From the IMG/VR virus record IMGVR_UViG_3300045988_017465: 41,918 nt of DNA, one strand, 5' to 3'. Under the pieces are notes generated by a model, which worked only from the letters and a program-made list of their open reading frames with translations, was not told where the DNA came from and made no database searches. Both the position numbers and the translations under genes were made by a program. The stretch is from a virus. Positions 37,071 to 41,918 of the stretch are shown here, piece after piece. Each line of letters starts with the position of its first letter. The stretch's first letter is position 1.

Positions 37071-37382
37071 TCACAGGAAACCGGCTTCTTTTGCCACGGC
37101 ATAGACGAATTCTCGGTTCCAGTCCCGTGCCGTGCCTTCCGAAATATGCAGTTGCACGGCGGCACCTGGAACGTTGTACCGCCGTTTTCTGTAAACTAAA
37201 TCTATCATGGCAAGCCGCTCTTTGCCCCTGTATTGGCTTTCCGTTTTCTCCAATACATTTTTGACAGCCTCGTCAAATTTAGCTTTTTGCGCCGCTCCCT
37301 GGGCTTGCGCCATGTCGCAGCCGAAACTACACATTATGGATTTTTTAACGTAATCATGCCACAGATATTTCGGCCTCGACAT
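37071..37382 (-). CDS. Putative late-gene activator (sigma-r4-like / RinA-ArpU-type HTH)
   Basis: 103 aa. The C-terminus PGAAVQLHISEGTARDWNREFVYAVAKEAGFL is HTH-like. It lies upstream of the packaging genes. Confidence 0.45.
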   Translation of the reverse strand: MSRPKYLWHDYVKKSIMCSFGCDMAQAQGAAQKAKFDEAVKNVLEKTESQYRGKERLAMIDLVYRKRRYNVPGAAVQLHISEGTARDWNREFVYAVAKEAGFL

Positions 37383-37410
37383 GGCTCATTCTCCTTTCAC
37401 AACATAACTA

Positions 37411-37803
37411 TCAAATGATTTTCGTATTGGCAAGCCCAGTCATAAAATTGAGCGGTGTTGAAATTGCAAGCAGCTTTGTAAGCGCCGCCATTCGCTTTAC
37501 CGCCTGTGCTTTACTTGCCGCTTCATACAGTGCCGCAATACATTCGTACCCCTCCAGCTTGTCTACGGCCAACACATAGGATGTTGCCTGTAATGCCTCC
37601 GAAAACCATCCGGGAACGCTGCCACCCATATAGGTCGCCATAGTCCTGCGGATAATCTTTTCAGGATCAACCCCATCGTCTTCCTCGGCATCTTCCCATA
37701 CTCCGTCCTTGGCGACCTGCTTAATAGCTGCCGCCAGGTCTTGCGTAATACGCCCATTTACGTTTTTGATGATTTGATCTTGGTCGAATGTAATTTCCGC
37801 CAT
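37411..37803 (-). CDS. Hypothetical protein
   Basis: 130 aa ORF with an ATG start. No family recognised. Confidence 0.6.
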   Translation of the reverse strand: MAEITFDQDQIIKNVNGRITQDLAAAIKQVAKDGVWEDAEEDDGVDPEKIIRRTMATYMGGSVPGWFSEALQATSYVLAVDKLEGYECIAALYEAASKAQAVKRMAALTKLLAISTPLNFMTGLANTKII

Positions 37804-37840
37804 AATGTGCTCCTTTCACTTTCCGTTTATAGTTCGCTTT

Positions 37841-38026
37841 TTATCCTCCATTGCTCACCGCCGCTCTTTCTGCCGCTTTCCTGTCCCGATATCGCTGGGC
37901 GGCTTGTCTGTTGCAGAATGTCCGCTGGCAATCAAAGCTGCAATAGACTTTCCGCTTAGTCGTACTGTCGTAAAACATTTTTCCACAGTTGTGGCATATT
38001 TTGGGGATGCCCTGTGGGGCTTCCAC
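37841..38026 (-). CDS. Zinc-ribbon protein
   Basis: 61 aa. CHNCGKMF...YCSFDCQRTFCNRQAAQRYRDRK. GTG start next to GGGAGG. Confidence 0.6.
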   Translation of the reverse strand: MEAPQGIPKICHNCGKMFYDSTTKRKVYCSFDCQRTFCNRQAAQRYRDRKAAERAAVSNGG

Positions 38027-38042
38027 TTCCTCCCTATCGCTT

Positions 38043-38144
38043 TTAATCGGCGGGTGGTATCCCGTGCATTGCCATGTACTTTCCGTAGCTCGTCCCGGCC
38101 TCCTGGGCGGCTATGGAGCATAGGGTAAGATAGTCTAGTTTCAT
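38043..38144 (-). CDS. 33-aa micro-protein (not in the ORF track)
   Basis: Own translation: MKLDYLTLCSIAAQEAGTSYGKYMAMHGIPPAD. ATGA overlap with the upstream stop. Confidence 0.45.
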   Translation of the reverse strand: MKLDYLTLCSIAAQEAGTSYGKYMAMHGIPPAD

Positions 38145-38272
38145 GCCTTTTCCCATGGCTCCCTCCAATCACAAATCCTCAAAATTCTTGCGACATCGGC
38201 AATATAATTTGCCTCGTTCCGGGTCAGTAGAAACTTCCCCATCAGCAGCTTGATAAAGCGTTTACGTTTCAT
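38141..38272 (-). CDS. Hypothetical 43-aa protein
   Basis: MKRKRFIKLLMGKFLLTRNEANYIADVARILRICDWREPWEKA. I prefer the ATG at 38272 to the track start. Confidence 0.5.
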   Translation of the reverse strand: MKRKRFIKLLMGKFLLTRNEANYIADVARILRICDWREPWEKA

Positions 38273-38426
38273 CCGGTTTTCCCCATAGTGCCTTGAATTC
38301 TGCCCCGTCGTACATGTTATCGCTCCCAACCGTGGCAGATACCAGCAGAAGCTCTCCGTCTTTCTCCCTCACGCCAGAAATGCAAAGGCAGCGCATTTCG
38401 TCCGGAATCTCAAGTGTGATTTTCAT
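38262..38426 (-). CDS. Hypothetical 54-aa protein
   Basis: ATG at 38426 follows GGAAGGAGACGGAGC. Sequence begins MKITLEIPDEMRCLCISGVREKDGELLLVSATVGSD.... Confidence 0.5.
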   Translation of the reverse strand: MKITLEIPDEMRCLCISGVREKDGELLLVSATVGSDNMYDGAEFKALWGKPDET

Positions 38427-38724
38427 GCTCCGTCTCCTTCCGTTTTCCGTAACTGCAAAAATCCGATTCTCCCGGATTGCAGAGGCCTTTAGGGTGTCTG
38501 CACCAATTGCTACAACTCTCTGGGTCGTAAAAGATGCACTTCCCACACCTGACCATGGGGACGGCATCCACGGTCAGTGCCCTAAATCTCAGCAGGTGGT
38601 CAGCCTCGGCATATCCTTCGGCCAATGTGTCAAGGTGTATTTGACCGTCAGCAATCATCTTCTTTGTTCGCTTAAATTCTTCCTTGAAAAGCTTCCGTAG
38701 CTCGTCTGCATCAATCAGCCTCAT
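38410..38724 (-). CDS. Hypothetical Cys-rich protein
   Basis: 104 aa. SD AAAGGAGGA. Contains MRLIDADELRKLF... and CGKCIFYDPESCSNWCRHPKGLC. Confidence 0.65.
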   Translation of the reverse strand: MRLIDADELRKLFKEEFKRTKKMIADGQIHLDTLAEGYAEADHLLRFRALTVDAVPMVRCGKCIFYDPESCSNWCRHPKGLCNPGESDFCSYGKRKETEHENHT

Positions 38725-38875
38725 AAAAATCCTCCTTTCTCGGCATCTCTTTCAGCCAGCGTCTTACGGCAAAGAACCGAATGCGTGACGGTTGATTCTT
38801 CGCCCATCGCTCAATAGCGGCGGCGTAAGCAATCCTGGCGTTAAGGCGCTGGCGGTGTTCCTGTCTTTCACTCAT
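38711..38875 (-). CDS. 54-aa basic micro-protein (not in the ORF track)
   Basis: Own translation: MSERQEHRQRLNARIAYAAAIERWAKNQPSRIRFFAVRRWLKEMPRKEDFYEAD. ATGA overlap with the 38872 stop. Confidence 0.45.
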   Translation of the reverse strand: MSERQEHRQRLNARIAYAAAIERWAKNQPSRIRFFAVRRWLKEMPRKEDFYEAD

Positions 38876-39096
38876 TTTCCTGCGCCTCCTTCCTTCGGCG
38901 CCGATGGGAGTAGGTGCATTCCCATCGGTGAAAGCCCTGTATCCTCATACTGTGCAAGGCGAGTATAGAGTTTTGGCACTATGCAGCCATTTCGGCACCC
39001 ACCCGGCTTATTGCTGGGGCGCATGCAGTAGTTATCCTGCCCGCAGCATTCCCACGGATCAAGATTTTGCCAGTGTTCAACCGTCAATCGTTTCAT
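38872..39096 (-). CDS. Hypothetical Cys-rich protein
   Basis: 74 aa. WECCGQDNYCMRPSNKPGGCRNGCIVPKLYTRLAQYEDTGL is a pattern common in Firmicutes phages. Confidence 0.6.
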   Translation of the reverse strand: MKRLTVEHWQNLDPWECCGQDNYCMRPSNKPGGCRNGCIVPKLYTRLAQYEDTGLSPMGMHLLPSAPKEGGAGK

Positions 39097-39415
39097 CGTT
39101 TTCCTCCTTCGGCGGTTCAGGCAGCGGCTTCCACCACAGAATATCCAACGCCATCAAATCTTGGATGTAGGTAACGTTGTACCGCCGCCATTCCCCCCGT
39201 TTGCCGATGTACATTTCGCCAACAAACCCGCCGTCCGTGGCCAGCACTCGTTTTCCAGATTCCGGCAACCTCTCGCTGCACGGGATCCATCTCGTCCGCT
39301 CCAACGCCTCCATGCCCATCCGGCAGGCCTCGTTCACCTCGTCCATGCCGTCGTAATGCTCCCGGTGTTCCGGGTCAAGGATTTCAATCGCTCTGTCAAT
39401 CGTCATTTTGTTCAC
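39077..39415 (-). CDS. DUF551-like protein
   Basis: 112 aa. WIPCSERLPESGKRVLATDGGFVGEMYIGKRGEWRRY is the DUF551 pattern. Confidence 0.55.
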   Translation of the reverse strand: MNKMTIDRAIEILDPEHREHYDGMDEVNEACRMGMEALERTRWIPCSERLPESGKRVLATDGGFVGEMYIGKRGEWRRYNVTYIQDLMALDILWWKPLPEPPKEENDETIDG

Positions 39416-39870
39416 CTCTCTGTTATTACAATTTTAAGTTGCCGCCCTAGCCAAGAAAGCCCGGCCTTCGTCAGGTGGTATTCCGAATATCTGCCATCTT
39501 TGTAGGTACGCAAGATTGTTTCAGGCAGCTTGTCTAGGATACGATTCCCGTCTGGTGAATCTGTGTAATAATTCCGATACGCCCTGTAAAACGCTTTCCC
39601 ATGCCGGTGATAAGGGCAGGCGTTGTCCAAACCGACCATGTGCTTGCAGATTGCAAGCAATCTTGGGAAATCATCAGCCATATCCATCTCGATACCCATA
39701 TCAAGTCCCATATCACCCAGATGGTCGGAATACGCACTGTCCATTTTCTCCACCCAGTTTCTCGGATGTTTACAGCCAAGTATTCCGTCTTTATGTTCGA
39801 TTCCGTACTTTCCCTCTGCCTCCGGGCATACATCATCAGGGTCGGAAAGTGGGCAATTATCGCACCTCAT
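39412..39870 (-). CDS. Hypothetical protein
   Basis: 152 aa with an ATGA-type overlap to the next gene. No family recognised. Confidence 0.6.
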   Translation of the reverse strand: MRCDNCPLSDPDDVCPEAEGKYGIEHKDGILGCKHPRNWVEKMDSAYSDHLGDMGLDMGIEMDMADDFPRLLAICKHMVGLDNACPYHRHGKAFYRAYRNYYTDSPDGNRILDKLPETILRTYKDGRYSEYHLTKAGLSWLGRQLKIVITER

Positions 39871-40225
39871 AAGAAACCACCTCCAAGTCCATCTTTGCGC
39901 CGCAATGGCAATACGGATACCTCCGGCAGGCCTCGCCGTATTCTCCGGCTTCCAGCAGGTGGTGCAAGTCGATATTGTCTACCTTGCGCCCGCAGATAGA
40001 GCATTCCAGGCAGAGGGTCATTTCATCTGCAAGCCGGATATTCCAGTTCCCACGCCGCACCAGCTCCACATCGGCGGCAGGGAGACTCATAATTAGGCGG
40101 ATAGCATTATAAAAGTCACAAATGTTGCAGACGCAAAGGGCGCTGCTGTTTCTATTGCACTCTTCACAGCGTGCTGCTACCCGAATCTTCTCGATTGCTG
40201 CCTCCCCGCTGATGTAATCATCCAT
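39857..40225 (-). CDS. Hypothetical Cys-rich (multi-CxxC) protein
   Basis: 122 aa. CEECNRNSSALCVCNIC...CLECSICG...YPYCHCG. SD GGGAAGGAGA. Confidence 0.6.
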   Translation of the reverse strand: MDDYISGEAAIEKIRVAARCEECNRNSSALCVCNICDFYNAIRLIMSLPAADVELVRRGNWNIRLADEMTLCLECSICGRKVDNIDLHHLLEAGEYGEACRRYPYCHCGAKMDLEVVSYEVR

Positions 40226-40240
40226 TGTTATCTCCTTCCC

Positions 40241-40264
40241 GCCCGGGTTGCCCCGGGCTTTTTA
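40241..40264 (+). terminator. Plus-sense intrinsic-terminator-like hairpin inside a minus-strand gene block
   Basis: GCCCGGG-TTGC-CCCGGGC (40241..40258) followed by TTTTTA on the plus strand. On the minus strand it lacks a U-tract and lies just 5' of an SD. Confidence 0.35.
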
Positions 40265-40265
40265 C

Positions 40266-40706
40266 TTAATCCGTTTTCTCATAACGGATTTTCATTTGTG
40301 CCGGGTATAGGTCCACTTCTGGCTTCCGTTTTCCTGTCCACCGCAATCCACCAGCTTGTCCGACACATTTCCAGCCAGATGCCTTTAGGCTTGTGCCAGG
40401 TTCGGAATCCAGTACATAGGTAATTAGCTTTTTGTAACCCATAGCCCTTGCAGCTCGCCACGCTGCGGCATACAGCATGGAGCAGGCATTTTTCGTTCCA
40501 TCCGTTGCCAGCCGATTTACCTCCAACGTCCACCCATCATCCAGATACCGGGAAACAGGTCTACCAACGATAGCAACACCTACGATGTTTTCGCCATCTG
40601 TGCAGCCGATGGAAAACTTATGCCCAACAACTGGTTTATGATGTCGGTGGTGCTGCTCCACAAAGGCGTTTGCCTCCTTCAGCGAAACCGGGCATATATC
40701 AAGCAT
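40266..40706 (-). CDS. XF1762-family protein (GNAT-like fold), function unknown
   Basis: 146 aa. SLKEANAFVEQHHRHHKPVVGHKFSIGC...VGVAIVGRPVSRYLDDGWTLEVNRLATDGTKNACSMLYAAAWRAARAMGYKKLITYVLDSEPGTSLKASGW matches my memory of this family closely. Confidence 0.65.
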   Translation of the reverse strand: MLDICPVSLKEANAFVEQHHRHHKPVVGHKFSIGCTDGENIVGVAIVGRPVSRYLDDGWTLEVNRLATDGTKNACSMLYAAAWRAARAMGYKKLITYVLDSEPGTSLKASGWKCVGQAGGLRWTGKRKPEVDLYPAQMKIRYEKTD

Positions 40707-40735
40707 CTTTTCACCTCAATTTCTATCGTTGTTAT

Positions 40736-40759
40736 CATTTTCGTGCCCTCACGAAAATG
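40736..40759. other. Perfect 10-bp palindromic stem-loop CATTTTCGTG-CCCT-CACGAAAATG
   Basis: Read directly. It lies in the 55-nt gap between the methyltransferase-like gene and the XF1762 gene, with no U-tract on either strand. Confidence 0.4.
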
Positions 40760-40761
40760 GT

Positions 40762-41433
40762 CTATCCCCACTGTTCCGCCATTGCGGCGGCTATACCAGG
40801 GGAGAATTTGCTTCTGGCCTTGCTTGCACCGCCCTTTCTGCTCACTCCGGCCTTGTCCCGGTTTCCTTTGTTGCGGCTCGTGCCGCAGGAAACAAGAGGC
40901 TTATACTCTGTCAGAACATTAGTCGGAACTAGCGGGTTTAAGCCAAACTCCCACAGCAATGTTTTCTTGCTGTACGGGTCGCCGTATTCAAACGGCTGCA
41001 CAATCTGGGTGTGTTCCGGCATCTCAAAAACCTTGCTTGGCACCGGGTTTTCGATGCAGATTTTCCCCACGCCGAAGTAGCCGTAAAAATAGAACGCCAT
41101 AAAAAACAGTTTTGCTTTCAGGCCATTTACAAAACGTTCCAAACTAAGAACGCCTTTCTTCGGGTACAGGCGGCAAGCCCCGGCGTTGGAAATAAACGTG
41201 CATGAAGGGTGCGCAATAACTAAATCCCATCCAAAGCTGGGAATGACATGCACCTGTCCGTCCATGGTGGTCACTTGCCCCCCCTCTAAGGCCTTTAGCG
41301 CATCCCCTAGGATATGCCATTCAGGATGCCCCCCGCTGGGTTCCTGGATGTCGCAGGAGTAGGCCTCATGCCCACGCTCCCGGAACGCCTTGCACACGGT
41401 TTGCGATTCCTCGCAAGCGATAAGTACTTTCAT
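40762..41433 (-). CDS. DNA (cytosine-5) methyltransferase-like protein (divergent)
   Basis: ATG at 41433 follows GGCGGAGGAAAG. MKVLIACEESQTVCKAFRERGHEAYSCDI; HPSCTFIS where the PC(Q) motif would be; ENP where ENV would be; C-terminus FSPGIAAAMAEQWG. Assigned by pattern only. Confidence 0.5.
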   Translation of the reverse strand: MKVLIACEESQTVCKAFRERGHEAYSCDIQEPSGGHPEWHILGDALKALEGGQVTTMDGQVHVIPSFGWDLVIAHPSCTFISNAGACRLYPKKGVLSLERFVNGLKAKLFFMAFYFYGYFGVGKICIENPVPSKVFEMPEHTQIVQPFEYGDPYSKKTLLWEFGLNPLVPTNVLTEYKPLVSCGTSRNKGNRDKAGVSRKGGASKARSKFSPGIAAAMAEQWG

Positions 41434-41603
41434 TTCTCGCTTTCCTCCGCCGGGGCTTTGAGCCATGCCAACCTGCATTCCTCGCATCCCGGCATATTCT
41501 CGCAGATATCTTTATGCCCCTCGCAAATAAACGTTCCGATGCTGAGTAACTTTGCCAGCTCCTTGTCCGTCATCGCCCGGATTTTATCTCCGTTGGTTTT
41601 CAT
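41430..41603 (-). CDS. 57-aa Cys-containing micro-protein (not in the ORF track)
   Basis: Own translation: MKTNGDKIRAMTDKELAKLLSIGTFICEGHKDICENMPGCEECRLAWLKAPAEESEK. ATGA overlaps at both ends. Confidence 0.55.
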   Translation of the reverse strand: MKTNGDKIRAMTDKELAKLLSIGTFICEGHKDICENMPGCEECRLAWLKAPAEESEK

Positions 41604-41918
41604 TTTTCCCCATCCTCCGTATTGTCGTCAATTGGCGTGGTATCAATCCGGGTCTCTGCCAGCTGGGCGGCCAGTAGATACTCCTTGGCGTTGATGTTTT
41701 CACCGTGCGTTTCTTTCACTTTTTCTCTAAATTTGGCCAGAGTGCCATTAAAGCATCCAACAGTAGCAAATATACTGCCTTCCTTGTCCCTGGTGAAAGT
41801 GATTGAATCATCCCTGGAACCGATCGGGGCAATGACAATATAGTGCTTATTGCCGTAGATTTCGGCATTGCCGTAGACCCAGGAATTGCCGGAGACCCTG
41901 GCATCGCCGGAGACCCTG
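41600..41918 (-). CDS. Hexapeptide-repeat protein, 3' part (continues from 324..1 across the junction)
   Basis: The frame enters from the right edge with no start codon. It reads ...[105 protein letters not shown], with stop TGA at 41602..41600. Confidence 0.8.
   Translation of the reverse strand, partial: RVSGDARVSGNSWVYGNAEIYGNKHYIVIAPIGSRDDSITFTRDKEGSIFATVGCFNGTLAKFREKVKETHGENINAKEYLLAAQLAETRIDTTPIDDNTEDGEK
41855..41918 (-). repeat. Continuation of the 18-bp tandem array (3.5 units)
   Basis: Units at 41855, 41873 and 41891, plus a partial unit at 41909. Bases 41891..41918 are identical to 1..28. Confidence 0.9.

Larger units (their letters stand above)
1..41918. mobile_element. Complete temperate siphovirus-like phage genome, circularly closed or permuted (no host flanks visible)
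   Basis: Full set of lysogeny, early, replication, packaging, head, tail and lysis modules. No sheath gene was seen, which supports siphovirus morphology. int and the candidate attP are internal. Bases 1..28 are identical to 41891..41918, and one ORF is split across the window ends. Confidence 0.85.

Noticed and set aside
37855-38172. 105-aa Arg-rich minus-strand ORF
   Set aside because: It overlaps, in another frame, the zinc-ribbon gene and the ATGA-coupled 33-aa ORF. Its composition (R, K, G, P, T) looks non-coding and it has no SD.

Overview
The window reads as a complete, circularly closed or permuted ~41.9 kb genome of a temperate siphovirus-like phage. The host is probably a moderately GC-rich, spore-forming Clostridia lineage, but that is a guess from gene content. 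Bases 1..28 are identical to 41891..41918, and one gene, a hexapeptide-repeat protein built from an 18-bp tandem array, is split by the window ends. Almost everything is on the minus strand. In transcription order: a perfect-consensus early promoter at 5736..5764; small early genes including a stand-alone Spo0A C-terminal-domain homologue; Cro-like and Xis-like HTH proteins; a recombination/replication module (Gp157, Sak4-like ATPase, DUF669 with an SSB-like tail, replisome-organizer-like); then across the junction, the hexapeptide protein, a C5-methyltransferase-like gene, an XF1762/GNAT-like gene and many small Cys-rich proteins; a late-regulator-like HTH; a ParB-like plus GT-A-like pair; terS/terL, portal, a MuF protein with a C-terminal toxin-like domain plus a candidate immunity gene; scaffold, capsid, connectors, major tail protein, G/GT chaperones with a clear -1 slippery site, tape measure, Dit, Gp37-like protein and fibres including a collagen-like one; then the lysis genes (M15 endolysin, XhlA-like, holin). 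The plus-strand lysogeny module (5821..10389) holds a CI-like repressor, a DUF2513 protein, a lipoprotein, a membrane-anchored HTH protein and a tyrosine integrase. It is followed by a candidate attP that contains a tRNA 3'-end mimic. The most unusual content is an eight-gene unit at 12072..15300. It is bracketed by terminators, sits in the moron slot between lysis and attP, and is preceded by a small sigma-r4/LuxR-like HTH gene. It encodes extreme low-complexity proteins (Q/M-rich, P/Q/Y-rich, Gly/Trp-rich membrane, Cys-rich), a BclA-C/C1q-like protein and a papain-like protein, none of which I can place in any known phage function. All family assignments come from remembered motif patterns, not from searches. 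Many starts were re-assigned by eye using SD sequences and ATGA overlaps.
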